Below are positions 9,033 to 18,137 of a stretch of 64,000 bases of DNA, piece after piece. Source of the DNA: Thermoplasmata archaeon (GTDB taxonomy: Archaea > Thermoplasmatota > Thermoplasmata > Lutacidiplasmatales > UBA184); the NCBI GenBank assembly GCA_022749895.1, contig JAKIWS010000003.1, positions 11,521-75,520 of the forward strand. The letters run 5' to 3'. The translations under genes were made by a program, and so were the position numbers. Each line of letters opens with the position of its first letter. The stretch's first letter is position 1. The notes beneath the pieces are model-generated. The model had not been told where the DNA came from. It searched no databases and worked only from the letters and a program-made list of their open reading frames with translations.

Positions 9033-9890
9033 TTAGGCGCCCGGCCGCCGTGCGAAGACGCGGTCCGGGTTCGTCGCGAGACTTCGCTCGATGACGTCGG
9101 CGGGCAGCGGAAGGGCTCGGTACGCGGTAAGATTCGCCCCGATGTCTTTCACCCCCGGCCCCGGCCAGTCGCTGCCAAAGAGCAGCTTCTCGCCCAACCG
9201 GGCGAGCTCGGGGAACCACGTGAGCAGTCGGGGCGGTGGGATGCTCGAGATCTCGAGGAAGACGTTGCGGAACCGCCGGGCCAGGAACGTCGCCTCGTTC
9301 ATCCACAACGGCCGACCGCCGTGGGCGAGCACGATCGTCAGGTCCGGAAAATCGATGGCGACATCCTCGACGAGCATTGGCTGGCCGAACCGGTTCCGGG
9401 CACCGGGGAACACCGAGGTGCCGGTGTGAACGATCACCGGGATTCGTTCTTCCTCGCACGCGCGGTAGATCGCCTTGAGGCCGGGGAGTTCGCCCCGGAC
9501 GTAGGCGTTCGGCTCGAACAGCTGGTGGGGAGGATGGATCTTGAGCCCACGAATGCCGAGCTCGCGCACGAGGGTATGGACCCGGCCCGCGGGGTCGGGA
9601 TGGGACGGCAGCACCGACCCGATGGCGATGAGCCGGTCCGGATCCGCCCGAGCGTACGTCGCGACGAAATCGTTCGCCTTGTCGGTGTAGCCGATGATCT
9701 CCGGAGCGACGTAGTTGACCAGGACGGCGCGTTCCACGCCGCAGGTGTCGAGATACGCCAGGAACTCCTCGGGATGGTGGACCATCCGATCGAGTTGGTC
9801 GGTCGCCGACGTATGGCCGACCATCGTGCGGGCCTCTGCGCGCATCTCCCAGATCGGGTTGATGTGCACGTGGCAGTCTGTGACGCCCAT
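9033..9890 (-). CDS. metal-dependent TIM-barrel amidohydrolase (Amidohydro_2-like)
   Basis: 285 aa. N-terminal CHVHI metal motif, HTGTS, LAHGG and FGSDWP motifs. A TATA-like box at 9912-9921 lies 26 nt upstream of the ATG at 9890. Confidence 0.7.
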   Translation of the reverse strand: MGVTDCHVHINPIWEMRAEARTMVGHTSATDQLDRMVHHPEEFLAYLDTCGVERAVLVNYVAPEIIGYTDKANDFVATYARADPDRLIAIGSVLPSHPDPAGRVHTLVRELGIRGLKIHPPHQLFEPNAYVRGELPGLKAIYRACEEERIPVIVHTGTSVFPGARNRFGQPMLVEDVAIDFPDLTIVLAHGGRPLWMNEATFLARRFRNVFLEISSIPPPRLLTWFPELARLGEKLLFGSDWPGPGVKDIGANLTAYRALPLPADVIERSLATNPDRVFARRPGA

Positions 9891-9986
9891 CGCGGTCGCG
9901 ACGCGGTGCGAACTATAAGCTGGTCCGGCGCGACTTCCCCCTCGGGCGAGGATTTATCTGTCGGGGAGCCCCCGGGGTCTCCCGAT

Positions 9987-10610
9987 ATGAGCTCCGGTCG
10001 CAGCTACAATATGCCGAAGCTGCTCAAATCGACGTACCTCGCGGAGGCCGAAGGCCTCTTGGAGGAGACTCGCGCGACGAAACTCTACTATTTCCCCGGT
10101 CCGGTCTTCGGCCTGATCGTCTTTGCCATCTTTGACCTGCAAGCCGCCGCGGTGGCGTACGGGTGGAATCTCTCGATCCCCGGCTTGTACTGGGCCTTCC
10201 ACGGCATTGGCGGCGCGATCGGCAACACGATCCTGATGATCATCGTACTCCTCGTGACGCTCCTTCTCGTGCTCTGGCTCGTGGTTCGTTACCTCAAGTG
10301 GATCACGACCGTCTACGCGATCACGACGAACCGCGTCATCGTGCAATCGGGCATCCTCGGTCGCGACTTCGACCAGATTCCGATCACGCAGGTTCGGGGG
10401 GTCGACGTACACCAGTCGGTCGGACAGCGGATCCTCGGGTACGGCACCGTCCGCGTGAGCTCGGAAAGCGGCGCGTCGACCACGATCGGAAACGAGGACT
10501 GGCTCGGCATCCCTCACCCGTTCAACTTCCAGCGGCTGATCGAGTCGGCGACCCAGAACTTAGCGCGCGGGGGCGTCGCCCCACCTCCCGCTCCGCCATC
10601 GCACACCTAG
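9987..10610 (+). CDS. membrane protein with bacterial-type PH (bPH_2/YdbT-like) domain
   Basis: C-terminal 207 aa of track ORF 9321..10610. Two TM helices, then TVYAITTNRVIVQSGILGRDFDQIPITQVRGVDVHQSVGQRILGYGTVRV. A TATA-like box GATTTATCTG at 9951-9960 precedes the ATG at 9987. Confidence 0.65.
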   Translation: MSSGRSYNMPKLLKSTYLAEAEGLLEETRATKLYYFPGPVFGLIVFAIFDLQAAAVAYGWNLSIPGLYWAFHGIGGAIGNTILMIIVLLVTLLLVLWLVVRYLKWITTVYAITTNRVIVQSGILGRDFDQIPITQVRGVDVHQSVGQRILGYGTVRVSSESGASTTIGNEDWLGIPHPFNFQRLIESATQNLARGGVAPPPAPPSHT

Positions 10611-10679
10611 CCCGGGCCAGCATCCCTCCTCGGCGCAGGCTTAATCGCGGCGCCCGCCTGAGCGGGTCCGGACCGGGCG

Positions 10680-11981
10680 ATGGCCGACGATTTTGACGTC
10701 ATCGTAGTCGGCGCGGGCATGGCGGGCGGGGCCGCGGCGATCCGTCTCGCCCAGGGGGGCGCCAGCGTCCTTCTGGTGGAACGCGGGGCGGACCCGGGCT
10801 CGAAGAACCTCTCCGGCGGCGTGCTCTGGGGCCACGACCTCGACCGTATCCTTCCCTCCTGGTGGACCGAGATGCCCGTCGAGCGCCACGTCGTGCGGAA
10901 GCGCTTCGGATTCCTGACTCCCGGCGGCTCCCTTGCGACGGAGTTCGAAGACCCGACGTGGCGCCTACCGCCGTACGTCGCGCACACGGTGCTCCGGGCC
11001 CGTACCGACGCCTGGCTGGCGAAGAAGGCGGAAGAAGCCGGCGCGACGGTGGTAACTTCGGTGCCGGTCGAGCGGCTCCATTGGGAAGGGCGACGGGCCC
11101 ATGGGATCGTTCAGGGGGGCGAGACGATGTCGGCGCCCGTCACGATCCTCTGCGACGGCGCGAACTCACGCCTCTCGCTCGGGACGCCGATTCGGCCGCA
11201 GGAACGCCTAGGTTGGCACACGACCGAGCTCGGGATGAAGGAGGTGTATCGGCTCGATGCGGGTCGGATCGAAGAACGATTCAACCTCGGGGAGGGCGAG
11301 GGCCACGCCGAGGAGTGGGTGGTGGGGACGTTCCCGCCCGGCGTGATGGGCGGCGGCTTTCTCTACACGAATCGCGACACGCTCTCCGTCGGCCTGATCC
11401 TCAACTTGGGGAGCCTGTACGGTCAGAAGGAGCGCTCGCACGACTTGATGGAGCAATTCAAGCTCCATCCGACGATCGCGGCGCGACTCCGCGGCGCGGA
11501 GCTCGTCGAGTACGGCGCGAAGCTGATCTCCTCCGGCTGGGCGAGCCGGCCGGCGTCGTTCTACGGGGATGGATGGATGATCGCCGGCGACGCCGCCGGG
11601 TTCGTCTTTTCGAACGGCATCGTGATCCAGGGGATGAACTACGCCGTGCGCAGCGGGCTCGAGGCGGCCGAGACCGCCCTCGGCGCGCGGGCTTCCCACG
11701 ACTCGTCCGCGGCCCGGCTCGCCGAGTACGAGTCCCGTCTCGAGCGTACGAATATCCTCGCGGATTTCCGGGAGTTCGAGGGGCTGGACCGGGTCAAGTG
11801 GAACCCCCGTTTCTACGCCCAATACCCTCGACTCGCGACGGCCCTGTTCCACGAGCTGATGACCGAGACCGGGGCGGCGAAGACGACCGCCCGGAATGCG
11901 TTGCGCACGGCGATCCGCGTGGCCGGAGTTTCGCGACGCAAGCTGGCGCGCGACGGGCTCGATCTGTTCTTCCGATTGTAG
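10680..11981 (+). CDS. fixC: FAD-dependent ETF:quinone-type oxidoreductase FixC
   Basis: 433 aa. N-terminal dinucleotide fold DVIVVGAGMAGGAAAIRLAQGG. Overall FixC/ETF-QO-like layout, and EtfAB are encoded nearby. Confidence 0.8.
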   Translation: MADDFDVIVVGAGMAGGAAAIRLAQGGASVLLVERGADPGSKNLSGGVLWGHDLDRILPSWWTEMPVERHVVRKRFGFLTPGGSLATEFEDPTWRLPPYVAHTVLRARTDAWLAKKAEEAGATVVTSVPVERLHWEGRRAHGIVQGGETMSAPVTILCDGANSRLSLGTPIRPQERLGWHTTELGMKEVYRLDAGRIEERFNLGEGEGHAEEWVVGTFPPGVMGGGFLYTNRDTLSVGLILNLGSLYGQKERSHDLMEQFKLHPTIAARLRGAELVEYGAKLISSGWASRPASFYGDGWMIAGDAAGFVFSNGIVIQGMNYAVRSGLEAAETALGARASHDSSAARLAEYESRLERTNILADFREFEGLDRVKWNPRFYAQYPRLATALFHELMTETGAAKTTARNALRTAIRVAGVSRRKLARDGLDLFFRL

Positions 11982-12112
11982 TGGTCCCCTGGCCCGCGGC
12001 GCGAGGGGGAGGGCGCCCGTCGGACGTGCCGGAGGGTGCGGCGGAGTCTTCGGATGGGAAGCATGCTTTTTGACCCCCTCCCCGCCGTAGCTCTCGCCGA
12101 GGCCGCTCGAAG

Positions 12113-13435
12113 ATGCTGTCGGATCCGTTCCTGATCAACAACCTCTGGGTCCTCCTCGCCGCCCTGCTGGTGTTCACGATGACCGTCTCGGTCGGGTTCC
12201 TCGAGGTCGGCGAACTCGGGGAGCGGCTTTCGCGGGCGCTGATGAAGGCGTTGATCATCACTGGCTCCGCGGTCGTGGTGATGGCGATCGTCGGGTTCAA
12301 CACCGGCTTCGCGCCCACGGTCGGCAACGGCGTGATCGGCAACCCCACGTACCAGGGGCTCTTCCTCGGCGGGTTCGGAGGGAATCCGACGATCTACCAG
12401 TCGCCGTGGTGGTCGATGGCACCACCGTTCTCCACGAACGGACTGACCTTAGGGACCTACTTCCTGTTCGAGACGGCGTTCGCGGCGGTGACCCTCGCGC
12501 TGGTCGGCGTCGTTGTCCTCCACAAGATCAAGATGCGGGCCTTCGCGCTGTTCTCGATCCCGTACTTCGTGCTGATCTGGAATCTGCCCGCAGCGTGGAT
12601 CTGGAACCCGACCGGGTGGCTCTTCAAGATGGGCATGGTCGATTTCGCCGGGGGCCTGGTCGTCCACGCGGCCGCGGGGGCGGCCGGGCTCGCGCTCCTG
12701 GTCCAGATCTGGCGCGAGGAGAAAAAGCGCGGGCGGAGTTCGAGCGAGGTCGTGGCTCCGAAAGTGAACCCTCCGTGGCTCACGCTGGCCGTCCTCCTCC
12801 TCTGGGTCGGCTGGTTCGGATTCAACCCCGGGAGCGTGCTCGCCCTGAACTGGGAGACCATGGTCGTCGTGTTAACGACCTTCCTCGCAGCGGCCGCGTC
12901 CCTCTTCTCCGTCATGCTCACGAGTTGGGCGGTGACGAAGAGCCGGCCCGGGTACATGGAGGCGGCGAACGGGGTTCTCATGGGCCTCATCGTGATCACG
13001 CCGCTCGCGGGGTTCGTCAGCCCCGGGAGCGCGTTCGTCCTCGGGCTGCTCTGCGGGCCGGTGTTCGTCTACGCCGAAAGGCTGTTCGCCCGCGCCAAGT
13101 GGTTCTCGGACCCCGTGGGCCTCCTCCCCGGCCACCTGGTCGGCGGGCTCTTCGGGATCTCCATGATCGCGTTCTTCACCGAGAGCACGTACGCCGTCGC
13201 CGCCGGAGCCCCGACGTCGCTTCCCAACGGGCTCTTCTTTGGCGGCGGAACGGCCGCCCTGCACCAGCTCGGCATCGAGGCCTTCGGCGTCGTGGTCGTG
13301 ATGGCGGTCGTCTTTGCGCTGTCCTACCTGGCTATCGCGGCCCTCGCCGCCGCGCTCGGTGGCGTGACCAAAGGGATCCCGGTGAGCGAGACGGGACCGT
13401 ACGCGGAGACGGTCACGGCGACCGCCGTGGACTGA
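12113..13435 (+). CDS. amt: ammonium transporter
   Basis: 440 aa with ~11 TM helices. Amt signatures VDFAGGLVVHAAAGAAGL and GLLPGHLVGGLFG. Confidence 0.9.
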   Translation: MLSDPFLINNLWVLLAALLVFTMTVSVGFLEVGELGERLSRALMKALIITGSAVVVMAIVGFNTGFAPTVGNGVIGNPTYQGLFLGGFGGNPTIYQSPWWSMAPPFSTNGLTLGTYFLFETAFAAVTLALVGVVVLHKIKMRAFALFSIPYFVLIWNLPAAWIWNPTGWLFKMGMVDFAGGLVVHAAAGAAGLALLVQIWREEKKRGRSSSEVVAPKVNPPWLTLAVLLLWVGWFGFNPGSVLALNWETMVVVLTTFLAAAASLFSVMLTSWAVTKSRPGYMEAANGVLMGLIVITPLAGFVSPGSAFVLGLLCGPVFVYAERLFARAKWFSDPVGLLPGHLVGGLFGISMIAFFTESTYAVAAGAPTSLPNGLFFGGGTAALHQLGIEAFGVVVVMAVVFALSYLAIAALAAALGGVTKGIPVSETGPYAETVTATAVD

Positions 13436-13457
13436 GCGGCCCGCACCCGACCGCGAG

Positions 13458-14423
13458 TTACGCGTTCATCCCGCGGGCTTTCCGAATCTCCCGCGTGAGC
13501 GCCGGCACGATCTTGAACAGGTCGCCCACGATGCCGTAGTCGGCGACGCGGAAGATCGGGGCCTGGGCGTCGGAATTGATCGCCACGATCACGCGCGAAC
13601 TCATCATGCCGACGAGGTGTTGGATGGCCCCGGAGATGCCGACCGCGATGTACAGCTGCGGGGAGACGCTCGTCCCGGTCTGGCCGACCTGGTAGGCCCC
13701 GGGTCGCCACCCGGCGTCGGTCACGGCGCGCGAAGCGCCGACGGCGGCGCCGAGGGACTGTGCAAGCTCCTCGACGACCTTGAAACTCTCGGCCGACTTT
13801 ACGCCCCGGCCTCCCGCGACGACGATGGTCGCTTCCCCCAGCGCGGGACCCGTCCCCCCGCCCGCGGGGGTGAATCCCAGGAGTCGGTCGGGAGATCCCT
13901 CGGGGGCCGGGAGCGGATGAACCGGGGCGGCCGCCGTCGCGGGCGGTGGAACCGCGTACGCGTGCCCTTTGAGGGCGACGACCGCTCTCGGCCCGACGAG
14001 CTCGAGCTCTTGCGTGGCGCGTCCGCCGAAAACCGGTCGCGTGACCCGGACCGTGTCGGCCGAAACGACGGCCACACTCGTCGCCTGAGTGGCGGCGGCG
14101 GCGTCCCAGAGCACGGCAAGGCGACCGGCGAGGTCGCGCCCTCGCGTTGTCCCGTTGATCAACGCCACCCGGGCGCCGGCCCTGTCGGCGACGAAGCGTA
14201 CGGTGGTGGCGAGTTGGGCGTTCGACGGCGTTGTTCCGGCCGCCGGCTCCAGATGGTGTACCTCGTCCACGCCGGCGTGGGCGAACTCGCTCGCGGCGGA
14301 GGCTGGGCCCACAAAAACTCCGACGAGATGTCCTCCTTCGCCGGCGGCCCCGCGGCCGACGGCGACGACTTCCCGGTTCGCACCACCGAGATGATCCTCG
14401 CGCGCATCCGCGATGACGAGCAC
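13458..14423 (-). CDS. etfA: electron transfer flavoprotein alpha subunit
   Basis: The C-terminal FAD-binding motif [19 protein letters not shown] identifies the family. Track ORF 13458..14681 runs over the etfB 3' end. Start re-set to the GTG at 14423, 5 nt below the etfB stop. Confidence 0.85.
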   Translation of the reverse strand: MLVIADAREDHLGGANREVVAVGRGAAGEGGHLVGVFVGPASAASEFAHAGVDEVHHLEPAAGTTPSNAQLATTVRFVADRAGARVALINGTTRGRDLAGRLAVLWDAAAATQATSVAVVSADTVRVTRPVFGGRATQELELVGPRAVVALKGHAYAVPPPATAAAPVHPLPAPEGSPDRLLGFTPAGGGTGPALGEATIVVAGGRGVKSAESFKVVEELAQSLGAAVGASRAVTDAGWRPGAYQVGQTGTSVSPQLYIAVGISGAIQHLVGMMSSRVIVAINSDAQAPIFRVADYGIVGDLFKIVPALTREIRKARGMNA

Positions 14424-14428
14424 GACCG

Positions 14429-15208
14429 TCAGGGGAACACCCTGGCCTCTTCCTTCAGGATCCGGACCAGTTTCTCGGCGGCCTCCTCGGGCGTCGTGTG
14501 ATCGATCATCCGCGCGCCCGTACGGGGCGCCGGGAGGCGGAACGCCACGCGCCGCTGTTGGGAAAGGAGCGGCTCGTGTCCGCCCTCGATCCTCTCGATC
14601 GGCATCTTCCGCGACTTGAGGATGTTCGGGAGTTTCGCGGTTCGCGGGTCGTTCCACGCCTGCTGAAGGGCGATGACGCACGGGAGCGGGGAAGCAAGAG
14701 CTTCGTTGCCGCCCTCGACCACGCGCTGGAAGCGGAGGCCCCCCGAGGCCTCGTCGTACCGAAGATCCGCGACGCCCCCAAAGTCCGGCACGTTGAGGAG
14801 CGCCCCGAGCGCCGGACCGACCAACCCGGATTCGTCCTCGAGCGATTGCTTACCGGTGAGGACCAGGTCGTGCGGGTAGCGGTGCACGGCGGTTGCGAGA
14901 ATCCGGGCGGAGGCGAGCGGGTCGAGGTCGGCGCCTTTCGGAATCTCGACCCACGTGGCCATGTCGCAACCGAGCGCGAGCGCGGCTCGCAGCACCTCTT
15001 CCGAGCGCGGCGCCGGCCCAGCGGTGATCGCCCGGACCTTCGATCCGGCGACCGACTCCTTCAGGAGGAGCGCTTGCTCCACCGCAGATTCGTCGTAGCC
15101 AGCGAGCACGAACTTGACGCCCTCGCCATCAAAGGCACGACCGTCCGCGGTGGGGCGGAGCTTCGTCTCGGGTTCGGGGACCGGCTTGATGAGGACGACG
15201 ATCTCCAT
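14429..15208 (-). CDS. etfB: electron transfer flavoprotein beta subunit
   Basis: 259 aa. Typical ETF-beta N-terminus [18 protein letters not shown]. Immediately upstream of etfA. Confidence 0.85.
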   Translation of the reverse strand: MEIVVLIKPVPEPETKLRPTADGRAFDGEGVKFVLAGYDESAVEQALLLKESVAGSKVRAITAGPAPRSEEVLRAALALGCDMATWVEIPKGADLDPLASARILATAVHRYPHDLVLTGKQSLEDESGLVGPALGALLNVPDFGGVADLRYDEASGGLRFQRVVEGGNEALASPLPCVIALQQAWNDPRTAKLPNILKSRKMPIERIEGGHEPLLSQQRRVAFRLPAPRTGARMIDHTTPEEAAEKLVRILKEEARVFP

Positions 15209-15220
15209 CGGCGCGACCGT

Positions 15221-16369
15221 CTAGGCGTAGGCCCGCAGGAGCTCCCGCGCGATGACGATCCTCTGGATCTCGTTCGACCCTTCGTAGATCTGCGCGAGCT
15301 TGGCGTCGCGCAGCAGCTTTTCGACCGGGTACTCCTTCATGTACCCGTACCCGCCGAAGACCTGGATCGCCTCGTCGGCGATCCGCATCGCCGCGTCGGA
15401 GGCGAAGCATTTCGCGATCGACGATTCCAGCGTTCCCTTCGCACCGTGGTCGATCGTCCACGCGGCATGCCAGGTGAGCCACCGCGCGGCGTGCAGCTCC
15501 TGGGCCATGTTCGCGAGCTTGAACTGGATCGCCTGGTGCTCCGCGATCGGCTTGCCGAACGTGTGGCGCTGGAGGGAATAGGCCGCAGCGTGGTCGAGCG
15601 CGGCCTGCGCGATCCCCGTGGCCAGGGCGCCGATCGGCGTGCGGGTCTGGTCGAGGGTCCGCATCGCGATCGAGAACCCCTCGCCCTCGGCCCCGAGTCG
15701 GTGATCCGCCGGGATGCGGGCCCCTTCGAACCGCACCGTGCTCGTCGAGGACGCGCGGTGGCCCATCTTCTCCTCCTCCCGGCCCGGAGTGACGCCCGCC
15801 GTCGTTCGCGGAACGACGAACGCACTGATCCCCTTCTGGCGGGCGGAGGGGTCGGTGGCCGCGAAGACCGTGTAGAGGGAGGCGTGCGGACCGTTCGTGA
15901 TGAAGCATTTCTCCCCGTCGAGGACGTACTCGTCGCCCTCCCGTTTCGCTCGGGTCTTGACGGCGCCGGCGTCGCTCCCCCCGCTCGGTTCGGTGAGGCA
16001 GAACGAGGCGAGGTGGTACTCCGCGCAGAACGGCGCAAGGAACTTCCGCTGCTGTTCGGGCGTGCCGCCCAGCAGGATCGGCTCGAGGGCGAGACAGTTC
16101 GCGATGATCGACGTGGTCATCCCGGCGCAGGCGCGCGCGAGCTCCTCCACGATGACGGTCTGCTCCAGCAGCGCAAGCCCGCTCCCGCCGAACTCCGTGG
16201 GGACGTTGAGGTTCATCAGCCCCAGCTCCCACGCTTTTCGATAGATCTCCTCCGGAAAACGCCCGGCACGGTCGCACTCGGCCGCGTGGGGGGCCATCTC
16301 CGTGCGCGCGAACTTCCGGGCGAGCTCCTGCAGGCTCAGCTGCTCCTCGGTGAGGGAGAAATCGACCAT
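15221..16369 (-). CDS. acyl-CoA dehydrogenase
   Basis: Start set to the ATG at 16369 (MVDFSLTEEQLSLQELARKF), within track ORF 15221..16885. ACAD motifs CLTEPSGGSD and QIYEGSNEIQRIVIAR. Confidence 0.9.
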   Translation of the reverse strand: MVDFSLTEEQLSLQELARKFARTEMAPHAAECDRAGRFPEEIYRKAWELGLMNLNVPTEFGGSGLALLEQTVIVEELARACAGMTTSIIANCLALEPILLGGTPEQQRKFLAPFCAEYHLASFCLTEPSGGSDAGAVKTRAKREGDEYVLDGEKCFITNGPHASLYTVFAATDPSARQKGISAFVVPRTTAGVTPGREEEKMGHRASSTSTVRFEGARIPADHRLGAEGEGFSIAMRTLDQTRTPIGALATGIAQAALDHAAAYSLQRHTFGKPIAEHQAIQFKLANMAQELHAARWLTWHAAWTIDHGAKGTLESSIAKCFASDAAMRIADEAIQVFGGYGYMKEYPVEKLLRDAKLAQIYEGSNEIQRIVIARELLRAYA

Positions 16370-16432
16370 TCGTCCTCGGAGCGGGCCGACCCAGAGGCGC
16401 CCGATATATGATGCTTCGTCCGTTTGGCTGAC

Positions 16433-17158
16433 GTGGCGGCGCGCTCGGGGGCGGGACGGCGCGCCCGCGAGCGCGTGATCCGGGTGGGACGCGAGGTCCG
16501 GTTCGATGCCGGTCGACCGGCGCGGACGGGCGTCCCCGAGATCATCCTCGCCGAGGGAAAGAGCGCCGGGCAACTCGTCGCGCTCTTGCGGGGTCTCCAT
16601 CGACGCCGCCAGGGGGCCTTGATCTCCCGGATCTCGGCGAGCCAGCGGCGACGCTTGCGAGGGGAGATGCGCCACGGGCTCCCCCTCCGGTTCGCCCGAC
16701 GGGGGAGCCTCGCTCGCCTCGCGGGGGACCTCGGCGCCCCCGCGATCGGCGGGACGGCGGCGATCGTTTCGGCCGGGACGGCGGACGTTCGCGTCGCGGA
16801 CGAGGCGGAATCGATCCTGCGCGCGCTCGGCATCCGCACGGTCGTGGCCCACGATGTCGGCGTCGCGGGGCTGCACCGGCTTCAACGGGCGCTGTTACGG
16901 CTCGAGCGCGCCCGGCCGAGCGTGTACCTTGTGTTCGCCGGCCGCGAAGGCGCTCTCCCGACGGTGCTCGCCGGGCTCGTAGGGGCCCCGGTGGTCGGTG
17001 TCCCGACGTCCGTCGGGTACGGGCGGGGGGGCCGTGGGGAGGCGGCGCTCACGGCGATGCTGCAGTCGTGCGCTCCCATCGCCGTCGTGAACATCGACGC
17101 GGCGGTCCCGGCCGCGCTGTTCGCGGCGAAGCTCGTCCGCCGGTCGCTCCCGCGGTAG
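16433..17158 (+). CDS. larB: nickel-pincer cofactor biosynthesis protein LarB (PurE-like carboxylase/hydrolase)
   Basis: Motifs SAGTADVRVADEA, AGREGALPTVLAGLVGAPVVGVPTSVGYG and LQSCAPIAVVNID. The track start is the TTG at 16424. The GTG at 16433 sits 27 nt from the TATA box at 16402-16411. Confidence 0.8.
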   Translation: MAARSGAGRRARERVIRVGREVRFDAGRPARTGVPEIILAEGKSAGQLVALLRGLHRRRQGALISRISASQRRRLRGEMRHGLPLRFARRGSLARLAGDLGAPAIGGTAAIVSAGTADVRVADEAESILRALGIRTVVAHDVGVAGLHRLQRALLRLERARPSVYLVFAGREGALPTVLAGLVGAPVVGVPTSVGYGRGGRGEAALTAMLQSCAPIAVVNIDAAVPAALFAAKLVRRSLPR

Positions 17159-17212
17159 CGCGCGATTCGCCCCGACAGAGCCTTTTTGACCCTTCGCCGG
17201 ACTCCCTCCGAC

Positions 17213-18121
17213 GTGAGCGTTCGCGGTTCGCTCAGCGAGGAGGCCGAGCAGGAGGAGGCCGACTACCGCGAGCGCCGACGCACCCTGGAAACGAAGTTCC
17301 GGGACCTGCGGACCCGTCGGGAACTCCTGCTCGCGCAGGTCCACCAGCTCGTCGATGAGCAGAACGTCCTGTTCGCCCGCCAGGCCCCGAAGCAGAACAC
17401 GCTGGAGCAGTTGCACGACGAGTACCGCGCCATCGGGCATGACCTCGCGGAGCTTCGTCGGCGTCGCGACCAGGCGCGGGGCGAGCTCGAGGGGACGATC
17501 CAGGAGCTCCGGTTCGCCCGGAGCGAACTCCCCCGGGGCGAACGGCCCCGGCCCGACCAGGTCCAGCGGGAGATCAAGCAGCTCGAGCACCGCCAGCAGA
17601 CGATGGCGCTGCCGCTGGCGGAGGAGAACGCACTCATCGACCGGATGCGCTCGCTGAACAAACAGCTCGACGGGGTCCAGAAAGTCGCCGACGCGGTCGG
17701 CACCCAGGAAGCCCGGGTGAAGACGCTCGACAAAGACGTCCAGACGAAGCGCGCCGAGCTCGAGAAACTGATGGCCGAATCCGCCCGCCTCAAGGTCGAG
17801 CGCGACCGGCGGATGGCGAACATGCGTTCGCTGCTCGAGGAGGTCGGCGCCCTCGTGGGCGACATCCGGGCGAAGGCGCGGGCCCGACGGGACACGATGG
17901 ACAAGGTCCAGACGTTCAGCCGTCAGCTGGGCGAGATCGACGACGAGATCCTCCGGATCGACCGGGGATCCCGCGCGCGGCGCGACGAAGCGCGGCGGAC
18001 GATCCGCGAGTACAGCCGGGGGAGCCGGGACTCCGTGGCGGCCGAGACGGCGTACGCGCACGTCGCGGACCAGCAGCTCGAGCAACTGCTCAAGCGCGGT
18101 CGGATCACGCTCGGCGGCTGA
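17213..18121 (+). CDS. archaeal coiled-coil protein (COG1340-like)
   Basis: ~300 aa, almost entirely heptad-like and rich in charged residues (E/R/K/L/Q). The track start is the TTG at 17186. The GTG at 17213 is 28 nt from the T-rich box at 17181-17192. Confidence 0.55.
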   Translation: MSVRGSLSEEAEQEEADYRERRRTLETKFRDLRTRRELLLAQVHQLVDEQNVLFARQAPKQNTLEQLHDEYRAIGHDLAELRRRRDQARGELEGTIQELRFARSELPRGERPRPDQVQREIKQLEHRQQTMALPLAEENALIDRMRSLNKQLDGVQKVADAVGTQEARVKTLDKDVQTKRAELEKLMAESARLKVERDRRMANMRSLLEEVGALVGDIRAKARARRDTMDKVQTFSRQLGEIDDEILRIDRGSRARRDEARRTIREYSRGSRDSVAAETAYAHVADQQLEQLLKRGRITLGG

Positions 18122-18137
18122 CGCTCGCGTCCCGCGC

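Noticed and set aside
11982-12112. A search for a FixX ferredoxin gene downstream of fixC, and for a glnK gene downstream of amt (13436-13457).
   Set aside because: The only ORF there (11896..12090) has no Cys-cluster pattern and a junk-like composition. The spacer after amt is 22 nt. Both partners are absent from this window.
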